Source: Leucoraja ocellata (taxonomy: Eukaryota). Taken from it: DNA of 64,000 nucleotides. The notes beneath the pieces are model-generated. The model was not told the DNA's origin. It ran no database searches and saw only the letters and a program-made list of their open reading frames with translations. Where the stretch lies: positions 4,278,001 to 4,342,000 of the forward strand of contig JAWMAR010000104.1 in the NCBI GenBank assembly GCA_036785375.1. Reading direction: 5' to 3'. Shown in pieces: positions 37,601 through 50,412 of the stretch. Position 1 is the stretch's first letter; each line of letters begins with the position of its first letter. The translations under genes were made by a program, and so were the position numbers.

Positions 37601-39004
37601 GAAACATTTAAAAACTATTCTTAAAAAGTATATTCTGATTTTGCTGAAAATACCATTATAAAATTAGTTGTATTATCAATGTCATTAAAGCACCTCGAGC
37701 GATATAGCCATTCTATATTCTATTCAGGATGGATGTGGAGTGGAGAATTACAGAGCTAATTTTATAGGTAGACAATCAATAAACCTGAAATCAGAGCAAA
37801 GTTGTTAAATATCTAGACCAGAAGTTGCAGTCATTTTTAATGACGTCCGTTGAAATCGCAACTTTATGGTTGATGTTAGATTGAAGCTATCCTGAACTTT
37901 TCTTTGTGTTTTATTATATTGCCGAAATATAGACGGTTTGCCTCCATGGGTGTATGCAACTGCTATATTCGCTCTTCAACTGCGGTGCACACCAATGTTT
38001 CTGTTACATGGCGTTCCTGAGAAAAGTAACGATCCACAATGAATCCCTCAGTTTCTAGAAAAATTGTCCGAAACAAAATCAGGTTTTGCATTCGGAGTTA
38101 ATTTTGTTAATTTAAAACTGTCGTCATAAATTACTATCTGCCACCATTGGCAACGAAGCAGTGATTCAGCTGAACCAGTAAATCGTTATCTTCCGATCCT
38201 ACAATTGCAATTTAATTGAATATGGTAAAAACAATCATTTTATTTTCTAACATATGGACAGGTTATATTACATTAAAAAATAGTTGCACAACTGTACTTG
38301 CAATAATATTTATATAGACAACAATAGAACAACATCCCGTTCGAGGGATGCATAATTATTGAGCCCAAACGATGAAGAAGCGTCCAGTGGCTGAAATAAA
38401 ATTCCGAGTATGGTGCTAAGGATTTCCATTCCAGAGATAGTCATGGTCTATTCAAGTTCCTCCACTATGACAACAAAGATATTCACTTGACAATGTGGAA
38501 TCTGAGCATGTATGTCAGTTTCAATCATCAGGCTTGGCCATCTTCCGTCACTTTCTGTTCCGAGTGCCTATTCTCCATCTTCAAAAATGTTGTCAGAAGC
38601 TGGTATTGGAGCACAAAGAACTCACATGTCAAGGTTTTTAGACTATGACAGCATCAGTCAGTTTCAGAGTGCGTTACGTTCTTAGTCCAAACGATAAAGA
38701 TGATGTTCGGAACATAGATGAACGTGACCGGCCTTGACATCCATGCTGCATTTAACCCTCGATTGTATAAAGGAAATTAATCCAAATGTTAATATTAGAA
38801 GTGTTCACTGACATGTAAGGCCAGCATCGCTGATAATGTTTGATGTTTGATGCTTGGGAATCATCGTATCCCAGGACATTATTTCCTCCGTTTCACAGTC
38901 AAGTTAAATTCCTGTCTCATTGACAGCACTACCATTAGGGTCATGTTTTCTATTGCCTACACTTCACAATCCGACTCCACGAGGTAACCAACGATAAGGC
39001 GAGA

Positions 39005-41842
39005 TGTTGAAGCATAAAGGCAAGCAGGCAAATGTAAGGAAGCTTGGCTGACGAGGGATATAGAGGCATTGGTTAAGAATAAAAAGGACGCATGGGACAG
39101 ATATAGACAGCTGAGATCAAATGCATCCCTGGAGGAGTTTCGGGAACTAAGGAGCAAACTAAGAAAGGAGATCAGAAGGGCAAAGAGGGGCCAAGAGATA
39201 GCTCTGGCGGGTACCATAAAAGACAATATTAAAATATTTTACAAATACATTAGGGTGGAAAGGGTAACTAGAGAGAGAGAGTGGGACCTCGCAGGAATAA
39301 AAGCGGTCACGTTTGTGTGGAGCCACAGGAGATGGGCAAAGTCCTCAAATAGTATTTTTCATCTGTATTTACAGAGGAGAAAAATAATTGGGGCGGAGGA
39401 AATTGGAGCAGTCACTGGAAGTGTCTTGGGAGCAGTCAGGGTTACCGTCGAGGAAATACTGAGGTACTGTCGTGTTTCAAGGTAGACAAATCTCCGGGGC
39501 CAGATATATCCGAGGACATTGCGGGAAACTAGAGAGGAAATTGCTGGAGACCTGGTTGAAATTTATGAGTCGTCTTTAAATACAGGAGAGGTGCCAGAGG
39601 ATTGGAGGGTGGCAAATGGAGTGCTTCTTTTCAAGAAGGGCTGCAGGGAAAATGCTTGGAACTATAGGGCGGGGAGATTAACATCTGTAGTTTGTAAGTT
39701 ACTGGAGAGTATTCTGAGGGATAAGATATATAGGCATTTGGATGGACAATGGCTAATTATGGAGAGAGAACATGGTTTTGTACATGAGAGGTCGTGCCTC
39801 ACAAATCTGATTGTTTTTTTGTGAACGTGTGAGCAAAAAGCTTGATGAAGGCAGAGCTGTAGATGTTGTGTACATGGACGTTAGTAAGGCGTTCGACAAG
39901 GTGCCGCATGGTAGGCTCCTCCGGAAGGTTGGATCTCAGGGGATCCCAGGAGAGATAGCTGAATGGATAGCAAATTGGCTCCATGGAAGGAAGCAGAGGG
40001 AGATGGTGGAAGGTTGCTTCTTAGAATGGAAGCCTGTGGCTAGTGGTGTGCCACAGGGTTCGGTGCTGGGTCCGTTACTGTTTGTCAATCTGCCAAGGTG
40101 TAGCACCTGATAAATGTGAGGTGCTACACCTTGGCAGGACAAATCAAAATAGGATGTACATGGTAAATGGTAGGGAATTGAAGAATACAGTTGAACAGAG
40201 GGATCTGGGAATAACCGTGCATAGTTCCTTGAAGGTGGAATCTCATATAGATAGGGTGGTAAAGAAAGCTTTTGGTATGCTAGCCTTTATAAATCAGAGG
40301 ATTGAGTATAGAAGCTGGGATGTAATGTTAAAATTGTACAAGGCCTTGATGAGACAAAATCTGGATTATGGTGTACAATTTTGGTCGCCCAATTATAGGA
40401 AGGATGTCAACAAAATAGACAGTACAGAGGAGATTTACTAGAATGCTGCCTGGGTTTCAACAACTAAGTTACAGAGATAGGTTGAATAAGTTAGGTCTTT
40501 ATTCTCTGGAGCGCAGAAGGTTAAGGGGGGACTTGATAGAGGTCTTTAAAATGATGAGAGGGATAGACAGAGTTGATGTGGACAAGCTTTTCCCTTTGAG
40601 AATAGGGAAGATTCAAACAAGAGGACATGACTTCATAATTAAGGGACAGACGTTTAGGGGTAACATGAGGGGGAACTTCTTTACTCAGAGAGTGGTAGCG
40701 GTGTGGAATGAGCTTCCAGTGGAAGTGGTGGAAGCAGGTTCGTTGGTATAATTTAAAAATAAATTGGATAGGCATATGGATGAGAAGGGAATGGAAGGTT
40801 ATGGTATTAGTACAGGCAGGTGGGACTAAGGAATAAAAAAGTTGTGGCGGCACGGACTTGTAGGACCGAGATGGCCTGTTTCCGTGCTGTAATTGTTATA
40901 TCGTTATATGGTTATATGGTTAATCTACATCAATGATTTGGATGAGAACATGCAGGGCAAGATAGCAAGTTTGCTGATGATACAAAAGTCTGTGGTTTTG
41001 GTGATGTTTGTGAACGTTGTGGCAGGATCTGGAGCGATTGGACAGATGGGCGGAGGAATGGTTGATGGAACTTAATACAGAGAGGTGTGAAGTGTTGCAT
41101 TGTGGGATGTCGAACAAGGGCAGGACCTACACAATACATGGTAGGCCTCTGGGTAGTGTTGGAGAGCAGAGGGATCTAGGAGTACATGTGCATGGTACCA
41201 TGAAGGTCCAGGCGTAGGTAGATAAGGTGGTCAAAAAAGCTTTTGGCACTTTGGCCTTCATCAGTCAGAGTATTGAATAAAGAAGTTGGGAGGTCATGTT
41301 GCAGTTGTATAAGACGTTGGTGAGACCGCATTTACAGTATCGTGTTCAGTTCTGGGCAGCATGTTATAGGAAAGACATTGTCAAGCTTGAAATGGTTAAG
41401 AAAATATTTACGAGGATATTGCCAGGACTAGAGTGTGTGAGCTATAGGGAGAGGTTGAGTAGGCTGGGTTTCTATTCCATGGAGTGTCAGAGAATGAGGG
41501 GAGATCTTATAGAGGTATGCAAAATCATGAGAGGAATAGATCGGGTAGATGCACAGTCTTTTACCCAGACAAGTGAAATCGAGGACCAGAGGACATAGGT
41601 TGAAGGTGAAGGAGAAAAGATCAAATAGGAATCCGAGGGGTAACTTTTTAACACGGGTGTACGGGACTATCCCATCGTTTAAGAAATAGTTGAACGGGTA
41701 CATGGATAGGACAGGTTTGGAGGATTATGGATCAAGCGCAGTTAAGTGGGAAAAGGGTGGTTAGGACAATGTTGGCCGGTGTGGGCGAGTTGCGCCCAAG
41801 GGCCTGTTTCTACACTGTATTAATCTATCACTCTGTGACTAA
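39005..41842 (+). mobile_element. Decayed CR1 LINE interrupted by a younger CR1 insertion
   Basis: ORFs 39069..39485, 39519..39824 and 39811..40110 (KAFDKV, GVPQGSVLGP), resuming at ~40922 (IYINDLD) to a 3' UTR at ~41840. Confidence 0.92.
40092..40921 (+). mobile_element. Nested 5'-truncated CR1 with (GGTTATAT)n tail and 5' fold-back
   Basis: ORFs 40043..40441 and 40443..40751; same family as 18065-18661; AATCT on both sides (40087-40091, 40922-40926). Confidence 0.88.
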
Positions 41843-41999
41843 GTTGGAAGTACATTAAGCAACCAGTGGTGATTCAATGTATGCTGGTGAAGCCAAAGGG
41901 ACGACACTGATCTGGTGTCAAAGGGCTGTCAAAACTTTTCGAAATCTCTGGTAATTTGTTAGAATTTATGTCATGTTTTGTTTATTTCAGGAGTATAAA

Positions 42000-42203
42000 A
42001 ATAAAGTGCTGCTGTAACTCAGTGGAAGGAAGCGCACGTGGAGTGTCAGGGGGGAATGACGTTTTAAGTCGCGAACCCTTCAGACCTCTGAAGAAGGGTC
42101 TGGACTTGAAACGTCCTGTATTCATTCCCGCAACAGATGCCTCCCACCTTCAGCACCTTGTTTTAATTTTGCTCAAGATTCCAACCGCTGCATTTTCTTG
42201 GTC
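42000..42203 (+). mobile_element. Older, degenerate inverted-repeat Penelope-type element with intact plus-strand hammerhead core
   Basis: CTGAAGA-A-GGGTC-TG-GACTT-GAAAC-GTC at 42088-42115, preceded by a decayed inverted copy. Confidence 0.6.
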
Positions 42204-42834
42204 TTACTATTTATTTCCGGATCATTGCAAAACTAATCAATAGACGAATTGTACGTAAACTATTACAAACTGTTTGAAGGAAAGTAACAAGGAAGATAAG
42301 GATAAAAGCACCCGCAACAATCGTTTATACAAAGGTCTGCAACACTATTCAAAAGTCCTGTGCCGAACTGAGGGGTCAGATGTGAACGACAATCGTCCCA
42401 CCTTTTAGGAGCTTGTACTTCTTGAAAAAGCCAAATAAAGTACTGACTGCTTCCAATGATAGCTGAAAAATTCTAAATAGCGTGAAAAAAAAGATTATAT
42501 TACAGATGGAAGACCTTTTATCAAAATTTCGAAACGTTAAAAAGTTAGAACAGGTTAGTATTGCAGAAAATATGGAAGATTTGAGAGTACCGTGGGCATG
42601 TTTGCAGTAGACTGCAGAGCATGAGAGAGAGAATGATGTCAATTACAGTGGTGGTGGAGTAGGGACGCTGGTGAAATTTTACGGGTGAAATTAGCCGAAT
42701 AGACGGCGAGGGTAGGGGTGAGTTTATAGGAGATAAGAGACTGGAGAGAATGAGATAAGTGAAGATGGAAAGAGACGGAGTAAGAATGATAAACTGCCAG
42801 ATGTAATACGCTGCAAGGGGGGAATTAAAAAAAA

Positions 42835-43400
42835 AAAACAAATGCTGGGATAGGCTGCACATCACGCAACACAATACGAATAAAGAAAGCCCTAAATTGA
42901 TGTTGCAAGTTGAAGACATTTCAAACTTTGGTTATCTGAACTTCATTTCATTTAGTGTGTTTCTGGTTATCAATAGCCGGTGCAGAAGATGACATGCTTA
43001 AAGCCACGCTAAATAGATAAGAGTTGGAGTGGGCTGGGAAATTAAAGGCAGGGACCATAAGATCCATTTCATAGACAGAAAGGAGAGAGACAGTAAATCA
43101 ATCCCTCAGTATGTATTTGCTCCTACAGTGTAGTCATTATACGCAAGGGAAGCAGTTAATGGAATTGAAAAAGTGAAAATAAAGTGATAATTTAACTAAA
43201 TAAATATTTGAGCGCCTTGGTGCCAACGTGAACGAGTTTAAGGGAAAATGTTATGTCTCTCCAGTTACATATGAAGATATCCAGGCGTGAAGGGATGGTA
43301 TCTGGTTCTGGTGGGGGGGGGGGGGGGGGGGGGGGCTTTCACATGGATATTGACATTAAGCGGACCCCTATTCTTTCTTTCAACAATAATATGGGGGACA
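42835..43400 (-). mobile_element. Possible second fossil Penelope-like 3' region
   Basis: Weak by-eye similarity in layout to 9460-9850 and to PLE GIY-YIG coding sequence; no ORF support. Confidence 0.3.
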
Positions 43401-45054
43401 ACATCATTTGACTCAAAATGCAGACATTTCATGCCATCTGTCAACTGTTGTTTATACCAGAACAGTTAAAGATAATGCAAAAGATGTTTAAAGAATGGGA
43501 TAGGTATTTGCGGGCAAGATCACGGCAGGATTTGTGGTCAGGATTGTTGGAAGCATGCGTCGGCTGCAATCGAATTTGCACTGGTTGACTAGATACAATG
43601 TTGAGTTAGTTAGGTGAGATGCAGGTCAGATGTGCTGAACGGTGACCTCCAACTGGTGACTGCATTGTGCTATCCGATATGTAGGCAGAGAATTATAAAA
43701 AAATGGTTGGCTTGAGAGAATATGATTGACCACATTTCCCCCGTACCGGCCAATCAGGAGTAGATACTATTAAAACGTGTCCAAGAGGACAATCAACATT
43801 TTCGTAGAGTGATTCATTTGCCAATTCAAGAAAAGTCTGACGTATGAAAAGAACACACGTTGGAACTAAGATATAGTACGTGCGAAGATTCACGCAGCAC
43901 CAACAATTCGTCACATGCCTGATGCATCAATTAAATCATATTCCTACATTAGTATCCAACACTTCGCTTTCACGTTTTGTTTCCTGCAGGCCTGACGCAG
44001 AGCGAGTATCATCCGTCAGAATCACCGCAATTACTGGTTCGGGCTTCACGTGCCCCAAAATACTTTGCGTAGGACAAGTGGCGAGCGCGTCGCAGGAATC
44101 AAATAGCACTATTTGTATGTTTGATCAAGAAAATGGATCAACACATTATCCCAAATATATCAACAACTGAAAATACTAAATAAACCTGTGCGTAAACTCA
44201 CAATGTTTCGCCCTTTATATGATTGGATCATCAGAGTCTGCAACGCAATATGATGACATGGTTTACATTAATCACCATTAATGCTAATTGCAGCGCCCTT
44301 TCTTTCTCCGCCTTGATATTTGAGACTTTTATTTTACGGTACGAAATGAAAATGATTTCAAAAGGCGAAGCAAAACCTTGTTACCAATACACCCTCATTA
44401 TATCTGATAGCGATTTTTTGCCCACTAAAAGCCATTAACTATGTATTTCTACAATAAATAAATATTATTATGCATTTTATGAGTATTTATAAAATAATCA
44501 GTTATTAAGTGATCGAATGCTATCCCAGGATGTTCTGAGCATCTAATATAATTTAGATAACCCTGGAAACAAGGGGAAATGATTGCACTTTCAGCGAAAA
44601 TCGTGAATTTTCTGTATGATCAAACATACAGAATTGGCTGGATCAATTCCTTCTGAATTTCCTCTTCTATGCAAGAAATTGAACCATTAATATTTATTTT
44701 GCATTGCCAAGATAGTTTATAATATTTTTCTGCACTGTTCCAGTATTAAAATGACATCATCACTTCAAAGGCGCACCAGAGGGGCAAGGTTAGTTGTAAT
44801 ATTAACTTCCACAAATCTATTTTTTTGTTCACGCAGATAATTGCACGTCAGCAAAGAAACAAATTACAATGTGGATCGGAAAGTCAGATATTTTGTGCAG
44901 GTACTTGCTTAAGACATTTCAACTGAAATCTAACTGAAATACAGGAACTGGCGGTTGTACATAAGAATGGGTCGGTATGTGGAAGCCAACTTCTCTGTCT
45001 TGGAGACAATTTTGTTTTAATATTGACGTTTTACACATTATTGTTATCACTCAC

Positions 45055-46729
45055 ATGGTCTGGACAGCTCTTCCTCATCCTTGGGCTATCCGGCAGCATA
45101 TACCTCGTCTCCTTTCCAGTAACCATTGCCATATGTGGCAATGGTGCGAAGAACATTTCACCAGATTCAGGTGCGGATCGAATCTTATAACGGCACGTCC
45201 CTGAAAGAGATCCGTTGCCTCGAACCTCAAGCAAACTGGGAACGATGTGGAAATCCGGCGTCACTTGAAGGTTGAAATTGGAATTCCGACATTCCCACTC
45301 TTTGGTGCTGCAGCAGCTGGCAAAAGAGCAAGCACCGCCTGAAGCCGTCCTGTTGCCAATCGGGCAAATTACAACAACCAAAACAATGATAACCACCAAC
45401 AGGATAAAAGATGTTGCTCCCAACGAAATAATTATATAAAATGTCAACTGCTTCGTTTCCTTTAAATCTTGATGAGGTTCTGTAACGTCGGGCTGATGGG
45501 ATATACCTTCGTCAATTAATGTCAACGTCAAGGTGGTAGTAGCAGAAAGAGGTGGAAAACCATTATCTTTCACCTGGACAATTAGTGTTTGTGTGGTCGC
45601 GTCGCCATCTTTGAAATGCCGAACACTCCTTACTTCTCCCGAACTATGCGAAACTTTAAAAAGACCAGGAACACTAGCCTGATTCAGTTGGTACGACAAT
45701 TGTGCATTCTTACCGGAATCTGCGTCGGAAGCAAAGATTTTTATAACCAAATGTCCAGGTTTTGCAGTTCGAGGCACACGCAAACTAGTGTTGCTCTTAG
45801 ATTTCCATGATATTATGGAGGGTGGATTGTCGTTCTGATCCAGGACTATCACATGCACAACAACATCGCTGGAAAGTGACGGTAATCCGGCATCTTGGAC
45901 TCGAACGTGAAACTGAAAACGTTTAATTTGCTCGTAATCTAATGGTCGTTTCGAATAGATACTTCCATTATTTGTGTTGATATAGAGATAGGATGACAAT
46001 GGCACTGACTGAATCTGATTTTCCAAAACAGAGTAAGACAGCTGTGAATTCCTGTTAATATCAAGATCCAAAGCAGCCACTGATCCAATGTAGCTGCCGG
46101 GCTCAATATTTTCCGTCACATATACCGTGTACGAAGGCTGCATAAAGCGCGGCGCGTTATCATTTACATCTGAGATATTTACCACAATTGTCCTGCTGGT
46201 AGATAAGGGTGGGATCCCGCGATCTTTGCAAGTAACAGTTATTCTATATTGAGCAGTGGTTTCTCGATCCAGTGGTGCACTTGTGATAAGTCTGTAGGAA
46301 TTGCTGAAGGACGATTTCAAGTCAAAGGGGACATTAGATGAAATCGAGCAGTCGATGTATCCATTTTTATTGGAATCCTGGTCTATCACGCTAATCAATG
46401 CGATTAAAGTTCCACTCGGATCACCTTCACTGACTGTGCCAGAAATAGAATTAAGAGTCAACACAGGAGCGTTGTCATTGACATCTGTGATCTCCACGCG
46501 CACGCTGCAGTGTGTAGATAGCGGCTGCATATTTCCATCCCTAGCTTCAACATCAATCTCATACACACTTCCTTCTTCGAAATCCAAGGTTTCCTTTAGG
46601 TGTATCGCTCCGGATTTGGGATTAATCGTAAATATTTCGGTTATTTTTGGTTCATTATACCTGCTGAAGAGATAGATTATCTCTGCATTCTGTCCCTCGT
46701 CCAAATCAGTAGCGTTTAGCTTAATTAGT
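45055..46729 (-). CDS. Clustered protocadherin variable exon, subtype C, 5'-partial (EC3 to tail; the rest is lost in an N gap)
   Basis: ORF 45031..46704 stays open to the gap edge (LIKLNATDLDEG); donor CAT|GTGAGT at 45055/45054. Confidence 0.92.
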
Positions 46730-47691
46730 NNNNNNNNNNNNNNNNNNNNNNNNNNNNNNNNNNNNNNNNNNNNNNNNNNNNNNNNNNNNNNNNNNNNNNN
46801 NNNNNNNNNNNNNNNNNNNNNNNNNNNNNNNNNNNNNNNNNNNNNNNNNNNNNNNNNNNNNNNNNNNNNNNNNNNNNNNNNNNNNNNNNNNNNNNNNNNN
46901 NNNNNNNNNNNNNNNNNNNNNNNNNNNNNTCTAAAAATCAGCGTCTAAAAGAATGGACAAGGAAACTCTCATCATCTTTAAAACCTAGTTGGACGTGTAC
47001 TTGAGGCGCAGCTGCTCGCTGCGGACCTCGTGCTGGAAGGAAGAATAGGCTGGGGTGTACTATTTTGTGAACACTGCCTCCTTCAGGCAAATAGCTTCCA
47101 TCGGTATCCTAAATGTACTACCTTTCTCTGTTTGCTGGACCAGGCGAAAGGCAACGCCCAAAGTCACTTTCAATGCTTCAAACAATAAAAGGGTTCATTT
47201 TCCTTGGCGCAATACAATACAATACAAGCAATAAGACAACCATTGCGGAAATACATTGTCCTATGGTTTAAAAATGTATAGGCAATTGGTGGACACATAA
47301 TACGTTTTCCCATTATTTCTGATGCGAGGTATGACAAAATGTAAATGTTGTGGGCTTTCCTCAGTCTTATTATTCTCATCAATTATTGTATTATGCAGCA
47401 GCTACCGCTCCAGCATCAATTTTACAAACATTGGCTTATAACATATACATAAACAAGATGGAAACAAAAATCCGGTGGGATCATCTCCCAACGATTTATC
47501 TTATTCTGCTCATGAATGTCATGAAACTTTAATTTAAATTGTGGGTAATTTTAATCAAAAAATCCGATTAAAATGGAAAATTATTAACACATGAAACAGA
47601 TACACGAGGAATTGGACCTGCATGAAGCATCTAATTTCATGGAGCTTTTTATTATACCAGTGACAAGTTATATGTGCTCTACAACACTCAC

Positions 47692-50144
47692 CATGTTCGT
47701 CGAACTGCTCCTTGGCTTTGTACTGTCCGTTGGCGCATATTTAGCGTACTTTTCAATGGTCCCGTGCATCTGTGGACTGAATGGAGTGAAATATATATCC
47801 CGTGGTTCGGGCGCCGATCGAATTTTATAACGGTATGTTTCTGAAAGGGATCCATTTCCATGAACCTCAAGTAGACTGGGAAGGAAGTGAGAATCCGGCA
47901 CGATTTGTAAGTTCACATTCGAATGCCTATATTCCAACTCTCTTCTGCAGCAACTGTCTGCTAAAGTGCAGGCATTTCCAGATGCAGAATGGCTGCCCAT
48001 TGGGCAAATAACTACAACAAGTGCAATTATAACCACCAAAAGAACAAACGAGGTTGCTCCTAGTGTAATTATTATATATAATGATAAGTTCTGCGTGTCT
48101 TCTAGGTCGCCACGCGCTTCATTGAAGTCCAGCAAACCCTCCGTGTGTTCCTCAACTATTGTCAAAGTAAAGGTGGTGGTAGCGGAGAGAGCGGGATAAC
48201 CGTTATCTTTCACCTGGATAATCAGCCTTTGTGTGGTGGCGTCGCTATCTTTAATGCGCCGAGCAGTTCTTACCTCTCCTGAGTTATATGAAACTATAAA
48301 GAGACCCGGGTCACTGGATTGCATCAGTTGATAAGACAGTTGTGCATTCTTACCGGAATCTGCGTCGGAAGCAAGGACCTTTGTTACCATATATCCCGGG
48401 TCTGCAGAACGAGGCACAGGCAGACTGCTGTTGCTTTTTATTGCATTTGCTGTTATTATGGGTGGATTATCGTTCTGATCCAAGACAATCACTTTCACAG
48501 CAACGTCACTGGAAAGTGATGTTAATCCGGCATCTTGAGCCCGAACGTGAAACTGAAAACCTTTAAATTGTTCATAATCGAAAGGAGTTTTCGAGTAGAT
48601 GCTGCCATTGTTTGAGTTGATAAAGAGGTAGAAAGACACAGGCACTGACTGTATCTGGTTCTCCAAAATAGAGTAAGAAAGCTGTGAATTTCGGTCAATA
48701 TCAAGATCCAAAGCTGTTACTGATCCAATGTAGCTGCCTGGCTCATTATTTTCCGCCACATATGCCGTGTACGAAGGCTGCGTAAAGCGCGGCGCGTTAT
48801 CATTAATATCTGAGATATTTACTACAATCATCCGGCTGGTAGATAACGGGGGACTCCACGGTCTTTGCAAGTAACTGTAATCTTATGATGAGGGGCGCTT
48901 TCTCGATCGAGTGCTGCATTTGTAACTAGTCTGTAGGAATTTGTGAAGGAAGATTTAAGATTAAAGAGTAGATTGGGTGAGATAGAACAGTCGATGAGTC
49001 CATTTTGATTGGAATCCCTGTCTGTCACACTGATCAATGCGATCAACGTTCCACTTGGAACATTTTCACTGACTGTACCGGAAACAGAATTCAGAGTTAT
49101 ATCAGGAGCGTTGTCATTCACATCTGTGATATCCACCCGCACATTGCAGAGTGTGGATAACGATTGCACACTTTTGTCCTTAGCTTGTACATAAATCTGA
49201 TAAATATTGTTTTCTTCAAAATCCATAATTCCTTTGGTACGTATCTCCCCGGATTTGTGGTTAATCGTAAACATTTCAGTTATCCTTTGTTCATTGTAAC
49301 TGCTGAAAGAATAAACGATTTCGCCATTTGTGCCCTCGTCCAGGTCAGTCGCGTTAAGCTTAATCACCAAGGAATTTCGTGATACGTTCTCCTTTAGGCT
49401 AACAGTATACGCCGATTTCTCGAAAACCGGTGTATTATCATTAACGTCCAAAACAACAATAGTTACATGAGCCGTACCTGACCTCCCTGGAGTACCACCA
49501 TCAAGAGCGGTCAGTAATAAACTGTACACTGGTTGTTTTTCTCGGTCGAGAATATTCTGCAGCACCAGTTCTGGTAACTTCAATTTTCCAAAATTCTGCA
49601 CGTCCAACGTAAAATGATCATTAGCAGCGAGCTGGTAGTTACGAACAGAATTATTTCTCCCGTCCATATCGTGAGCGCCTTCTAACAGAAAACGCGCTCC
49701 TGGCATCGTGGTTTCTGAAATTTCCAACCGAATTTCACTTTTCGGAAAATTCGGAGAATTATCGTTTGTATCCAATATCTCAACTTCCACACGGTACTGC
49801 TCCACAGGACTTTCAACCACAGATTCCACGAGCAATACACAGTTATCACTCTGACCACACAGTTGTTCCCTGTCGATTCTTGCACTTACAAATAAAATTC
49901 CATTCTTATTATTTACATCCAAATATTGTTTTGATGCAGCTGATATAATTCTGAACTTACGGCTTGATAGCTCCTCTATGCTCAAACCCAAATCTTTTCC
50001 GATTGCTCCGACGAAGGCACCTTGTTCCAGTTCTTCTGGAATGGAGTAGCGAATCTGCCCGGAAACCAGATTCCACACACAAAGCAGAAAGATGGATGAT
50101 ATCACCGACTTTCCATGCACGCGGAAAATGTTCATTTGTGCCAT
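47692..50144 (-). pseudogene. Clustered protocadherin variable exon, subtype A copy 4, with a single 1-bp frameshift (pseudogene or sequencing error)
   Basis: Split across ORFs 48828..50342 and 47668..48870; 2453 bp versus 2454 bp in A1-A3; G5 at 48848-48852 where A3 has G6. Promoter, ATG (50144) and donor (47692/47691) are intact. Confidence 0.75.
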
Positions 50145-50288
50145 TACTGCTATGGGGTGGATCACAAATACCTTAACAATGTTTCTTCTTGAAAGCATCC
50201 CGGCCCACATCCGAACCAATTCCTTCAATGTGTTGAATAAGTTGAAGTGTGATCGGATGAAGAGATGGTCCGCTGCGTTCGTACACAC

Positions 50289-50412
50289 GCCGCCATTATT
50301 CAGCTTCCTCTCTCGTATATTGGGGGATGGGCGGTGGATCACTAGGTGGTTTTCACCTCCTTATTGGTAGACAGCGACACAAAGAGTCTCAGCCTATAAT
50401 TGCACTGAGAAT
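50289..50412 (-). promoter_or_regulatory. Variable-exon promoter A4 (CSE block)
   Basis: Near-identical copy; CSE at 50363-50404. Confidence 0.85.

Noticed and set aside
35341-41842. Active LINE or domesticated reverse transcriptase gene
   Set aside because: All copies are truncated, frameshifted or internally deleted.
43314-43335. Long poly-G run
   Set aside because: Simple homopolymer of unreliable length, with no supporting context.
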